A stretch of DNA of 64,000 nt from Mobula hypostoma (Eukaryota), in NCBI RefSeq assembly GCF_963921235.1, contig NC_086097.1, positions 121,832,001 through 121,896,000 of the forward strand, read 5' to 3'. Made by a program: the position numbers and the translations under genes. The notes beneath the pieces are model-generated. The model was not told where the DNA came from. It saw only the letters and a list, made by a program, of their open reading frames with translations, and did not search any database. Below are positions 49,503 to 62,953 of this stretch, in pieces. Positions within the stretch are counted from its first letter, which is position 1. Every line of letters begins with the position of its first letter.

Positions 49503-50384
49503 CAGCGGTCCCCAACCACCGGGCCGCAAAGCATGAGGAAACGATATGAGTCAGCTGCACCTTTCCTTATTCCCTGTCACGCAGTGTTGAACTTGAACAT
49601 AGGGTTGCCAACTGTCCTGTATTTGCCGGGAAATCCCGTATATTAGGCTAAATTGGTTTGTCCCATACAGGACCGCCCTTGTCCTGTATTTCCCCTGCTA
49701 AGGTAGAGGGTTCCTATAAACCCTTTCATGCCAAAATGAGTAAAGCGAAGAAGCAATTACCATTAATTTATACGGGAAAAATTTTTGAGCTTTCTCAGAT
49801 CCAAAAAATAACCTACCAAATTATACCAAATAACACATAAAACCTAAAATAACTCAAACATATAGTAAAAGCAGGAATGAAATGATAAATACACAGCCTA
49901 TATAAAGTAGAAATAATGTATGTACAGTGTAGTCTGGAAGATTAAGCCAAAACTGATATGTGGAAAGAAAAATCAGCACGTACGCGCATGCGCACATCAC
50001 ATATGTGCACATCATGCATATGCACACAAGTGCCCGCAGAAGGCTTCATGGTTATGGTAGTCTTTCCTGGAGTAAACACAAGTGTCCTGTCAACACACAC
50101 AGAAAATGCTGGTGAACGCAGCAGGCCAGGCAGCACCTATAGGAAGAGGTACAGTCGATGTTTCGGGCTGGGACCCTTCGTCAGGATTTGACTGCTACTT
50201 TTGTCCCTTATTTGGGAGTGAGAAAGTCGGCAACCCTAACTGTAAAAGACATGTTGAGGTGAGTTTAACCCTACTGGAACACCTTCTCCACCGTGCCCCC
50301 CCCCCCCCCCATCGGTCAGCTGGCCTGCAAGAATATTGTCAATATTAAACTGGTCCGCGGTGCAGAAAAGTTTGGGGACCCCTG
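49503..50384. mobile_element. Non-autonomous hAT DNA transposon with 8-bp TSD
   Basis: TSD tcctaagg at 49495-49502 and 50385-50392. Termini cagcggtccccaacc and gtttggggacccctg. Confidence 0.9.
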
Positions 50385-51138
50385 TCCTAAGGGATTGTCC
50401 ATCGGTTAGCCCTCAGGTGGCTGCAGAGGCCAATCCAGAAGACACATATTCTGGTGCAGCGTGGGAAAGAGTAAGTGGTGACTGTGGTTAGTGGTTGGGT
50501 CTTTTGGTTTTCCCGTCCCTGTTTTTGCAGCTGCTGCTTGTCCTCCGCGACACAGCAGAGTTCAATCTCATGTATCACAGCTCCCTCTTGAACAGATTTA
50601 CTCCAGGTTTATTACCTTCCCAATTTTTAGATGTGGTATTGAATTTGCCTCCCTCGTCAATCGGGGGTTCCCTGACCTTCCTTCAATGGTAAAGGATCTG
50701 TTTGGAGAGCTGTGAGTTAGGCATCCAGACAACACTGGAGTTGAATCTTGAATCGAAGGTAGGAAACATCTGACAGTCAGGTCCCTTGGCTACAGTGTTG
50801 AACTGACAGATAGCTGTGACAGTGTGGTAGGGGTGGTCTGGAGGGGGGATGTTGTGATTAGAAGCCTAACTTCTGTCTTCCAAACCTGCCCAGAAATGTA
50901 CCACTAACAGAAGCATATCCTGACACTGCTGAGTGCACATCTTGTCCTTTTTCAATCTACCTAGCGGCAAGTTTCTAACTTCTCCTAGCCCAGCAGGTCA
51001 GGCAGCATCTCGGCCCGAAACATCAACTTTCTTTCCATCGATGCTGCCTGACCTGCTGAGTTCCCCCAGCATTTTGTGTGTGTTGCTCTGGATTTGCAGA
51101 TTCTGTGCCACCCAATAACCACTGGCATGCAGGGTGCC

Positions 51139-51161
51139 TGTGTGTGTGTGTGTGTGTGTGT
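51139..51161. repeat. (TG)n microsatellite
   Basis: Directly visible in the sequence. Confidence 0.9.
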
Positions 51162-51689
51162 AGGGTCTATTGGAGACAGTCACATGACTTCCCCTTGTAC
51201 GTGCCCTTGATGTAAATTGTTCTGTTTCTGAAGTGTCTGATGGACAACCTCTTGGAGGTGCCTCTCTACTATGTCCTTTCTTGAGATTCATTTATTCAGT
51301 TATTTGTCACGTGTACAGTATATTAAGCACACAGATTCATGCGCCGTTTGTGTTAACAACCAGCACCATCTAATAATGGGCTGGGGCAGGACACAAGTGT
51401 TGCCACACACTCCGGTGCCAACAACACAGAACACAACGAGCAACAAAACAACAACAGTAATACCAATCCCTCCCTCCTCCCTCCGTTTCCTGGGTAAGGG
51501 ATTGGCTTCGCACTCCCTCTGCCTCCGGATCTGAACACAGCAAAAGAGAGAACAGCTGTGAAACATTCCTACCCAGAGGAAGCAGAAATTTGATTAAAGA
51601 AAGGTATTGCTAATTCAGTGCTAATTGGTACACATACAAAGCATTTACACCTGTGAAGTATTTCAGATTTCAGATTTTTTTGATTCATC

Positions 51690-52515
51690 ACATGGCCACT
51701 TTATTAGGTAGACCTGTTTTTTAATGCAAATATCTAATCAGCCAATCATGTGGCAGCAACTTAATGCATAACAGCATGCAGACATTCTGGTCTGGATTCA
51801 GACCAGAATGGGAACAAATGTGATCAAAGTGACTTTGACCGTGGATTGGTTGTTGGTGCCAGACGGGGTGGTTTGAGTACCTCAGGAACTGCTGATCTCC
51901 TGGGATTTTCATGTACAGCAGACTTTATAGGCATCCGTTAGTCTCATGAGACCATGGATTTGCGCCTTGGAAGGTTTCCAGGGTGCAGGCCTGGGCAAAG
52001 TTGTATGGAAGACCAGCGGTTGCCCATGCTGCAAGTCTCCCCTCTCCATGCCACCGATATTGTCCAAGGGAAGGGCATTAGGACCCATACAGTTTGCCAC
52101 TGGTGTCGTCGCAGAGCAATGTGTGGTTAAGTGCCTTACTCTAGAACACAACATGCTGCTTCAGCCAAGGCTCGAACTAGTGACCTTCAGATCACTAGAC
52201 TGACGCTGTAACCACTTGGCCACGCGCCAACAGCAGACTTTAGAGTTTACAGAGAATGGTGCAAAAGACAAAACAACGTCCAGTGTGTGGCAGTTCTGTG
52301 GGTGAAAGCACTTGTTATTGACAGAGGTCAGAGGGGAATGGCCAGACTGGTTCACGCTGACAGGATGGCAACAGTAACTTAAATAACCACGCATTACAAC
52401 TATGGTGTGGCATCTCTGAACGCACAAGGTGTCAAACCTTGAAGTGGACGGGCTACGGTAGCAGAAGACCACACTGGGTCCTTCTCCTGTACCTAATAAA
52501 GAGGCCACTGAGTGC
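51690..52515. mobile_element. Tc1-derived MITE with nested SINE
   Basis: Termini tggccactttattaggta and tacctaataaagaggccactgagtg. Same family as 40038-40579. Confidence 0.8.
51928..52229 (-). mobile_element. tRNA-derived SINE with CORE-like segment, 13-bp TSD
   Basis: TSD acagcagacttta at 51915-51927 and 52230-52242. Minus strand has A box tggccaagtgg, B box agttcgagcc, then gagtaaggcacttaacc. Confidence 0.9.
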
Positions 52516-54387
52516 ATATAGGCAGATTCTCTGCCAGTCCAACAATGATCCCACCAGAAATGAAGGGTAAATATTGCAAATGACATCTTTAATGACCCAT
52601 TAAGACAATCTCATTCATAGCCCCATGAAATGATGTCTTGCTAATTCAGAGATAATTGGTATATAAACAAACATTTATATTGTAAAGTATTTATGGAGAT
52701 AAACATAACTCAGGCATGTGGTAAAATAGATTATTGGGTGTAATAACTATCATAATATTCTACAATACAGTACTGCCTTCAGAAAAAATGTGATTAATGC
52801 ATGAGATGTTCCCTCATGGACAATATTGGGCATTTGCCAAAAAGGGTGATTCATCCTTAGTGACACAGGGAATACTATGCTGCCTTGGGTGATGATACTC
52901 TTGGCTAAGAATTAGAAAACCCAGTGTGTAAGGCTCATGTTTGGATATGATAATATATTATTGGTTAATACATAGATTAGTGAATTTTTTGATGGAGATA
53001 GAGCTTCCCAATTGCAGTCAATCCATAGAAAGCAGGAACAACTATTTCCAGTGCAGGAGGTGAAGACAACAATAGCATCTGGCCCAGGCAGTTGCTTTGA
53101 GTGTGGGATGCTTAACCACAATGCAATTTCCTCACTGGGTTAAATGGTGACATGTTGTGGGGGTTTTGTTTTTGGAAAAAAAAGACCATGGAGCTATCAT
53201 TCTAAGTGTTTTTCCTTCACCCCAAATTTTCCTACTGATAAGGAAGCCTGAGGGTGTTAAGTGAGAAATAGAAAACAAAGTAACCTATTGCAAGGTTCAA
53301 AATTCAAAAGTTCAAATTATATTTATTATGAAAGTATGCGTAAATTCATAATTCACCCTGAAATTCATTTTCTTGCATTCACAGTAGAACAACGAAATTC
53401 AACACAAAGAATAAAAAATTACACGTAAACGAAGAATGGGAAACACCCAAAATGCAAAAGAAGACAATCTATGCAATACAAGAAAACACATAATATATAA
53501 ATAAGCAAATAAGTATATAATACCAAGAATATGAGTTTTGGAGTCCTTGAAAGTGAGTCCATAGGTTATGTATCAGATTAATGTTGAGGTGAGTGAAGTT
53601 AGCCATTCTAGTTCAGGAGCCTGATGGTTAAAGGTAATATCTGTTCCTGAACCCGGTGGTGTGGGACTTAAGGCTCCTATATTTCCTTCCGACTGGCAGC
53701 AGTGAGAAGAGAGCTTGGACTATTTCTATTTACATTCTGTCTCACCAGGGACTGCGCTAGCACCAACTGAACAGAATACTTAGATCTAGATACAGCTTTA
53801 AGAGATAGTACAACAGAATGTGCTCAGCAAGAATCCATTACTCACCAGTACTGTCTTGCTACATATTCTGCTCAGTTTACCAAGCAGCTACTCGTTTGTC
53901 TTTATTTGTCACACCCCCTACTTAGTTTTACATTAACTGCCGCACAATGCATCCCACATCTAATCAGGGCCCTGGTAAAATACAAGTGCAGCATAAATAT
54001 TTAATCTGGAAATTAAAAAAATCAAGCTTCATTGACGCTGCCTGCTGTGAGACAGGAGATAAAGGTGTCCAACTGCTTCCCCAGCCCTTGGTCTTTTTGA
54101 CATGTCCTGTCTTGAGATGCAGCCTCGGCAATTACTCTTTGTCATGCCCTTTGACATGCTTTCAAATTTAGAACATCGACCTGCATTTCTCTTTACATAT
54201 TTCCTGATCTGTGCCAGTCAGTAAAATGAGGAATACAAAAACAGATAACAGTTCCTTTAATAGTCTTCCATTCCAGGCATACGTGTTGAATAAGTACTAA
54301 CAATTACTTTCTAGATTTTTTTTACAACCACACCAAGTCAGAATTTATGATGTAGACATAGATGCAGGAATACGTATGTCTTCACAT

Positions 54388-54388
54388 T

Positions 54389-54425
<37 letters not shown>

Positions 54426-54427
54426 AC
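54388..54427. repeat. (CA)n microsatellite
   Basis: Directly visible in the sequence. Confidence 0.9.
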
Positions 54428-54944
54428 TATGGGGTTGCACGGTATTGTAGCGGTTAGTGCAATCACTTTACAGCACCAATGATCACTGGTTGGGGTTCAA
54501 TTCTTGCCGCTGCCTGTAATAAGTTTAGATATTATCCCCGTGGGTTTCCACCAGTTGCTCCGGTTTTCTCCCATGTTGTATGGGTTAGGGTTAATGAGCT
54601 GTGGGTGTACGATATTGGTGTCGAAGCATGGTGACACTTTCAAGCTGCCCAGCACGGTCCTTGTTGATTGAATTAGATGCAAACAATGCACCTCACTGTA
54701 TGTTTCAAACCACATGTATACAAATAAGATTAATCTTTAAATCTTTATCTTTATTTTCTGACTTGTAAACATTTATATAAATATATATACAACATCACAC
54801 TAACAAATAACCACGTATAAAGTGTAACACCAATTACACCAAAGTTTTGTGATCATGGTAAGCTACAGGGATTTACCTGAGAAGGTGACTATTTTGTTCT
54901 GCAGATGTAGGGATGATCTTCAGATTTGAACTCTGATATACTTA

Positions 54945-55745
54945 ATGCAACACCTCATATTTTGCCTGGGTAGCCTCCTACCTGATGGCATAAACATTGA
55001 TTTTTGTCAGGCCTACATAAGCAGGCACCTCCTAACAGAAGTCACCTGCTACTTGTTTCCACCTGCTACTCACCTGCAGCCTATTTAAACCTAGCTCTCA
55101 GTCTCAAACCTTATTCACTCACATGAATCAGCCGGCCTCAACCAGCTGCTCCTAGCTGTCATTTACCTTGTGAGTTTAGTATCTGTTCTCTCTTGTTTTG
55201 TGGCCCTTCATGGTTTGTTATTTTGCAGTTGATTATTAAAATTATTGCTCACTGTTGAATTGTCTCTACTTTAGGGTCAAGCCTCCTTTACATTACATGA
55301 CAGACTTCTCTGACCTGGTAATTCCCCACTTCTCTTGTTTTCCATTCCCCATTCCAGCTCACCTCTTAACTCTTTGCTTGTCCTCAGCTGCCTCTTACCT
55401 CCCTCTTGTTGCCTTCTTCCTTCCTTTTCTGCCATGGTCCACACTCATCTAGCAGATTCTTTCAGTCCTTTACCTCTTCTACCTATCACCTCCTGGTTCC
55501 TCAATACATCCTCCCCCCCCCCACCCACCTACATTCTCACTTACCAGGATTCACCTGTCACCTACCAGCTTGCATCTCTTCCCACTCCCCCACCTTCTTA
55601 TTCTTACTTCTTCACTCTTCCTTTTCAGTCCTAATGAAGGATCTTGGACTGAAATATCAACCACTTATTCCTCTCCATGGATGCCACCTGACCTGCAGAG
55701 TACCTCTGGCATGTTACTCTGAATTTCCAGCATCTGCAGTATCGC
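54945..55745 (+). mobile_element. Penelope-like 3' end, interrupted by a solo LTR
   Basis: caacacctcatattttgcctgggtagcctcc...aacattgattt (QHLIFCLGSL.PDGINID), then tail and terminus. Confidence 0.7.
55005..55302 (+). mobile_element. Solo LTR (about 298 bp)
   Basis: TGTCA...TGACA ends, internal tatttaaa and attaaa. It cleanly interrupts the host, but the flanks gatttt and gacttc are only an imperfect TSD. Confidence 0.65.
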
Positions 55746-56717
55746 CTTTCTACAACCCTGCCTTTGGTTTGGGTCACTGGCAGCAATGTCTGGGCTTTGC
55801 TTTGAGCACGAGTCTCATTTTTGTTGCCTTGATTTGCTGACATTGCTTTATCACTGTGGACAACATCCTGGCCTTGGCTTCAACCACTGGAAACAATATC
55901 ACTGCCTTGAGTTCAGACATTGGGAACAATGTCCTTGCCTTCACTGGGCCACAGTGAGTGTTATCTTTACCTGGGCCACAGGAAGCAAACTTAATTGATT
56001 CTGACAACAGTGAAAACTGTTCTTTCCTGTGCAACACTCTTCTTGCCTTGATTTTTTTGGCCACAGTGATCATTGGCCTTGCCACAGTTTAGGCCTCAGG
56101 GATTGCAGGCACTTCCTCAATTGAGGCCACTGGGAAGAACAGCCTTGCTTTGCTTTGAACTCCAAATATAGCTGCTCTACCACTGACAACTTCAGCAGTT
56201 TGTTCCCAGAAGTCTGAACTACTCGTGGAATGGTTTTTAAAAACAGTTCAAAATAAAGAAACAAAACACTTTCTAAACTCTTGTGTCAGAGTTCTTTAAA
56301 GAGAATTCCTGTAGGATACTCAACGCCTTTCTCATACTGTGTGGCTCTTTAAATCTTTCTGTTGAGCTGAAAAAGGCCATTGTCTGCAGTCTTTCTATGA
56401 GTCCAGGACAAAAAAGTGAACAGGAAATCATTGCAGACACTACCCATCCTGCAAACTGCCTTTTCCAAAAGCTCTCTTCTGGACCGCACTATAGGGCTAT
56501 TAGAACAAACATTTCACTCCATCGTAAAGGTTTCTTCTCCCAGGCAATTAATCTGATCAACTATTCTAGTTAGTGTCATTGCCACACTCCTTTCCATCAG
56601 TCGGTCACTGCACTGTAAACACTTTGTTGTTTACATTGTAAATACATTCTGGTATTTATTGATATCTGATTCTATAGATGTACTTCTATATTTATACAAC
56701 ACTTTATTCTTTCTAGT

Positions 56718-57040
56718 AACACAAAATGCTGGAGGAACTCAGCAGGTCAGACAGCATATATGGAAATATTGTTAGTTGATGTTTCCAATTCCTACCTCTC
56801 CCATCAGATTCCTTCTTGTATGAGGCAGCTGAGGAGAAGCAAAGGATTAAGAGGAGCTAGTCTCCTTTCCCTCCTCCCACCTTTTAATTCTGGCATCTTC
56901 CTCCTTCCTTCTCAGTCCTGAAGAAGCACCTCAGCCTGAAATATTGACTGTTTATTCATTTCCATAGATGCTGCCTGATCTGCTGAGCTCCTCCAGCATT
57001 TTGTGTGTGTTGCTTTGGATTTCCAGCATCTTCAGACTTT
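56718..57040. mobile_element. Penelope-like end with inverted termini
   Basis: aacacaaaatgctggaggaactcagcagg mirrored by ctgctgagctcctccagcattttgtgt. Confidence 0.7.
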
Positions 57041-60009
57041 CACATCTTTATTCTTTAAGATTCTTCAATGTCTCTCTTTTTGTTGTATGTCGTGACAACA
57101 CACCACACCAAGTTTCCAATACATGTAAATGTATATGGCAATTAAAGTTGATCTTTTGAAGATTCATTGAGCAGCCCAGTTTAGTGCATGGATGGTACCC
57201 TTCGAGTATTGGATAATAAAGCCCACGTTGCCCACCATTAGCTTCCTAAATCATCACCGTGGTCCAGCTTCTTGCTAATGTCCTTCAGCATTAACTACGT
57301 GGAAAATGTCCCACGATTTCATTGACTCTACTTATGTTTCAGAATTTAAACTGACTAGAATGGCAGAAACTTATCTAATTGAAAGCTGTTTTCCAGCTGG
57401 TAGCATTAGCTGTCTTGGTTTAAATATTATATTTGTGTGCATTTATTAGGGTTTATGATAATGTTTTGAATTAAAGTGAATGGATCAGCAATTAATGGCT
57501 GCAATTTCATGCTGCAAGCTTGGGCTTCAGTGCTGCTGTATTGTTCCCTGATCTTGCCAGTGTGTTCTAGACACTCACACACAAATGAGAAAGTGTAGTC
57601 AGCTAGTCAAGCTCCAATGGCCATTCTGCATGGCTAGCTCAACAGCAAGGAAGAATGCAAGTTGGCCAACTGAGAACATGTGGGATCCTGGAAGAGCAAT
57701 CCCATTAATCCCAATCCCCCCCTCATCTTGTGTGTCTACAGTCCTGCAATTTATTCCCTCACATGCCCATCAATTTTCCTTTTGTTTCTTTGCCACTTAC
57801 CTGCATTAAGGGTAAATACATTAGATTCAGATGCAGATTTATTAATCACATGAACTTCAAAAAATACAGTGAAACTCTTTTTTTTTGTGTTAGCCAACAC
57901 ACCCAACGATGTGCTGGGAGAATTGGATTTATGAACCAAGACCTTACCGAGGGCTATGGAAACTACTGTATATTGACTAAGTCATGGCCAAAAGGGGAGA
58001 ATGTAGTAGAAAATACTGAATTCTTGGCTCTGTGGTGTAGTAGTAGATAAGAGGCAGATGATCATGTAACAGAGAGATAATGGAGTCTATAGGATTGGTA
58101 CCAGGCACAGAAAGTCTGGAACAGGTTCATACCAGCCCAAGCTATACAACAGAGGCTATTTTAAAGTCTATGATGGAAGTTTGCCATTGTACTTACATGG
58201 GAAAGGTCGAACTGCACACAGCTCACATGGTATATAGGCACTGAAACTCAACACTGCAAATGCTTAATCACTCTATGTATATATAGTCCATATGAGACAG
58301 AGATAATGGGGGAAATAGATAAGAAATTGTACAAGAGTTGTGGAAAAGTTGGATCTGGGGTATTCGGTCTCGAAGGAGTGACACTCCTGTTGATGTCACC
58401 AGGTAATAAAGAGGAAGTTTGTTGTGAAGATAAACCTTGGATTATGTGTGAATTCTTTCCTTCTACATTCATCAATTACATCTTATGAAGGTTTTGAATG
58501 CCCTTTGCGATCCAAAGATAAGGTAGGTTTCCAGTAATGTATGCCAGCTCCAGTTGGGGACAATAGTGGTTTTGAATGATAGCATAAAAGCCTTGGCCTC
58601 AAATGTAGATTTCAAATGACTGCTGTTTCCATTATAGTAAATGGTGACAAAGTTAACATCATCATTTTGCCTTGATCACACAAGGTCAAAATAATTTTTA
58701 TGATTTAAGCATAACAAGTTTCCACCATTCAGAAGACCTGAATTGTGGCTGGAAACCCAATTAGCTTCAAGGTTCGAGTCATATTTGTTTCAGTTTGAGT
58801 TACACTGATCATGAGATAGTTATAATTTTCTTTGTTGCTGACACATTGAGTATCACAGTTATGATTTCAGCACGTTGATCGTTTTCTCTTGGCTTACTCA
58901 ACAGTTTGCACATGAGCAAGCCTCCCTGATTCTGCAATGTGGTATTAAAGGATTACTGGAGAGTCTGAGGTGTTGCCTTTCTAATCAGACATCAAACTGA
59001 GATCCTGTCCATCTGCTCAGATTGATACAATACTCCGAAGGGACGGGAGGCTCCGGATGTTTTTCTTTTTGGAGAGACACAGCATGGTGCCAGGCTATGT
59101 TTATGATCCATATTCCTTGCACCAACGGCCAGCATTCAGCTATCTTCCTAATTATTTTTTGTGCACATGTCTGAAGTTTCTGTGTTTCCTGTACTGGAAC
59201 TGTAGATCCCTTTGTATCACAACATTTTGTTGTCACACTTCATTTAAATAATTTGATATTCAATATTCCTTCAAAGTGGATTATGTTTTATCTCCATTTT
59301 CTTGTCTGTTCACTTAACCTGTCTGCAGTCATTGGTGGGCTGGGTGTGTCCTTCTCATTATAATATTTAATTTATTCAGATACAGCGTGGAACTGGCCCT
59401 TCTGGCCTTTTGAGCCATGCCACTCAGCAACCCCAGATTTAACCCTAGCTTACTCACAGTACAATTTAAAATGACCAATTAATCAGTATGTCTCTGGACT
59501 GTGGGAGGAAACTGGGGCAACCGGAGGAAACCCACACAGTCACAGGGAGAACGTACAAACTCCATACAGACAGCAGGGGAATTGAACCTGGATTGTGCAT
59601 GCTGTGGTGGTGTTTCATGAGCCCCTGTGCTACTGTGCCTTACCAGGGACATATAGAATATCATTCACTCAAGAGATGCTGCAGGTGCTGGAAATCAAGA
59701 GCAACACACACAAAATGCTGTTAAATGGGTCAGACAGCAACTTTGGAGGGAAATAAACAGCTGAGTTTTTGGGCTGAGACCCTTCAGCAGCACTGGAAAG
59801 GAAGAGGGAAGAAGACAGAATAAGAAGGTGGGGGGAGGGCAAGGAGTACAAGCTGGCAGGTGAAAGATGGAAAAGGTAAAGGGATTTATTTTCTGCTAAT
59901 TTTGGGATCTTGCTTGTACTTTTGTTTGCTTATTGCATTAGATGACCAAGGATATTTGCTGTATTCTCGAGGTCAGGTCACCAAGACAAAATAAAATTAA
60001 AATACTATT

Positions 60010-61625
60010 AGCATGCAAGATGGCACTGGTGAAACATGGCAATGTGTTGCAGGCAGCTTACAAAATTTCTAAAATTTTCTTCTGAATTACTGTCACTGCA
60101 ATCTGCAGCCTGTAATTTCACTTGAAGTAATGTATCTTTGAACTGTCCTGATGAACTAGTGATTCCATGATCTTCTGAAGGACCCGGCGGACTTAACTCT
60201 CAAGTGTGCTTTGAGTGAATGGAGGTCCATTACCACAACCAAAGGAGAGGGAGAGGGTGAGGATTCCAAGCCAGGCTGAAGCTGCCTCTACCCAGCATCT
60301 TGTTAGCAAATGTACAGTCTCTGAAGAACAAGATCAAGGGTCTAAGAGCAAGATTGCTGTATCAGAGGGGAATGAGAAATTGCTGCTTTCTCTGTTCCAT
60401 GGAGACATGGCTCATTCTGGAGAAGGCAAAAAGGTGGGATATATGTTTCACGATCAACTCTATGTGGTGCTCAGACACAGAGGTTTTGTTGCACTCTTGT
60501 TCCCCCAATCATTATTGACTTCAGAAGGAGGAAACTGAAGGTCCATGAGCCAGTCCTCATTGGAGAATCAAAGGTGTAGAAGATTAGCAACTTTAATTTC
60601 CTCAGCATTATCTTTCAGAGGATCTGTCCTGGATCCACCATGTAAGTGCCATTAAAAAGAAAGCATAGCAGTGCCTCTATTTTCTTAGAAGTTTGCAAAC
60701 ATTCGGCATGTCATCTGAAACTTTGAGCAACTCGTTGAGATGTGTGGTGAGGAGTATATTGATTGGCCGCACACAGTCTGGTTTGGAAATACCAATGTCC
60801 TCGAATGGAAAAGCCTACTAGAAGTAGTGGATACAGAATAGTACATCACAGGTAAAGCCCTCCCCAGCATTGAGCGCATTTATACAGAGTGCTGTCACAG
60901 GAAAGCAGCAGCCATCATCAAGGACCCTCCACTATCCAGACCATGCTCTCTTCTCACTGCTGCCATCATGAAGAAGGTACAGGAGCCTGAAGACCTGCAG
61001 CACCAGGTTGAAGAACAGTTAATGTTCCTCAATCATCAGGCTCGTGAACCAGAGGGGATAACTTCTATCAAGTTCACTGTTCCCACAATCTATGGGCTCA
61101 CTTTCAAGGATTCTTCATATCATGTTCTCGATATTTAATCCTTATTTATGTATTTAACATAAATTTGTCGGCTGGTGGTGCAGTGACATCAGTGTCGGAC
61201 TCCAGAACGGAGGTTCCCAGGTCCGAATCCAGTCGGGCCGCTCCCAAGTACGCTTTCCATCTGTGCCGGGTTGAGTATTAAGCTCGCAACTCAACCTCGT
61301 AAAATAAAGAAAAATACTGCAAAATGTCTGTGTGAGGAGTGTCGCCTCACACAGCCTTCCGATCCGCGCCTTGTAAGACATGAAAATGCCCGACGCTGGC
61401 CCCTCAGGCCTGAGTCGACGTCATCATCATCATATGTATTTAATTATTTATTAATATTATTCTTTCTTTCTTTCTCTCTTTAGGTATTGCTCAGTTTGTT
61501 GTCTTTTGCACATTGGCTATTTGGATGTAGTCTTTCATTGATTCTATTATGTTTCTTGTATTTACTGTCATTGCCCACAAGAAAATGAATCTCCAGGTAG
61601 TATGTGGTGACATAAACGTCCTTCA
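60010..61625 (+). mobile_element. Internally deleted Rex/Babar-like LINE with endonuclease start and 3' end, nested SINE
   Basis: LANVQSLKNK...LCSMETWL (APE endonuclease N-terminus) at about 60300-60415, joined to post-RT sequence and the family tail. Confidence 0.8.
61158..61432 (+). mobile_element. tRNA-derived SINE with (CAT)n tail, 11-bp TSD
   Basis: TSD tatgtatttaa at 61147-61157 and 61433-61443, A box tggtgcagtga, B-box-like ggtccgaatcc. CpG is well retained. Confidence 0.88.
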
Positions 61626-62329
61626 ATAATGAATTTACCTTGATTTAAAATCAATGGGATATACAGAATGACAATGTTCGAAATGCTCAATTCCATCTAA
61701 GATGTAGCAAGTATCTTAACTATCTTCATTGGTGTACTGACACTGAGCTCTGAACCTCTCTCTTGGCACAAGCACACCCTGGTTGCAGGATGCATGATCT
61801 ACAAGACAACGTAGCAACTCTAAAGGCTATTCTATGAGGACTACCCTATTTTACAATGTATACCACTGGGCAGGACAACACCTGCAGTGTTCTAAGGTCA
61901 GCATTTTCTCTAAAGGCACACATTATCACAAAATCATTGATATTTAATGCAAAGATAAGACCATTTGGCTTACTATGTGAATACTGGCTTCATTTGAGAT
62001 CAACTCACCCCTTCCAACATGCACCTCCTTCTTTGTAGCATTGCAAATTCTTTTCTCACAATATAATAATCCAATTTCCCTCCAAAGGCCAGAAGAGAAC
62101 CTGTCTTTCCCACACCATCAGGCATTGTATTCCAGATAACAACACAAGCGTGCATCATAGAAAAAGCTTTTCTTCACATCGCTCTTCATTCTCCTTCCTC
62201 TAACTTACATCCGTGACCTTCTGTCAACAATCTTTCCAGTGAAAGGAACAGTTTCCCAGTGTTCGCTCTGCCCAATTTTCTTGACATTTTATATACTTCT
62301 ATCACAAAGAAGGCATGGCATCACCTCTA

Positions 62330-62830
62330 GTGGAACGTAGTCCATTACAGGCAAAGCCCTCCCCACCATTGATCACATATACAAGGAGTACTGCCACAAG
62401 AAAGCAGAATCCATCATTAACGACCCCACCATCCAGGCAATGCTCTCTTCTCGTTGCTGCCATCAGGAAGGAGGTATAGGAGCCTTAGGTCTCACAGCAT
62501 CAGGTTCAGGAAGTTATTATCATTCAACCATCAGGCTCCTGAACCAGCATTGGTAATTTCATTTGATTCAAATTTTAATGGATCCCAAAACATATGGACT
62601 TAGTTTCAAGGGCTGTACAACTCATGTTTTCAATATTATTTATTTGATTTTTTAAAATATTTGCACAGATTGCCTTCTTTTGAATGTTAGTTGTTTGTTA
62701 GACTTTGTTGTGTGTAGTTTTTCATTGATATTGTATTTCTCTGTTCTACTGTGAATGCCTGAAAGAAAATAAATTTCAAAGTTAATTTATGGTGACACAT
62801 ATGTACTTTAATAATAAATTTACTTTGAAC
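62330..62830 (+). mobile_element. Rex/Babar-like LINE 3' fragment
   Basis: Family motif and tail aataaatttactttgaac. Confidence 0.75.
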
Positions 62831-62953
62831 ATCATCCTCTCCTCTCCAACGGAAACAGCCCCATCTTCTCCAACTTATTTATATATCTGAGGCCCTCTTC
62901 CCAGCAAACATTCTTGTAAATTTCATGTGGATCCTCTCTACTGCATGCCCATC

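Noticed and set aside
52150..52229. tRNA genes at SINE heads (also near 10760, 22800, 61170)
   Set aside because: A and B boxes are present but run into SINE bodies, three of them bounded by TSDs, and no complete cloverleaf was evident.
2210..59800. Recurrent aaatgctggaggaactcagcagg repeat as a CRISPR-like array
   Set aside because: Copies are dispersed, on both strands, diverged and irregularly spaced. They are Penelope-like termini.
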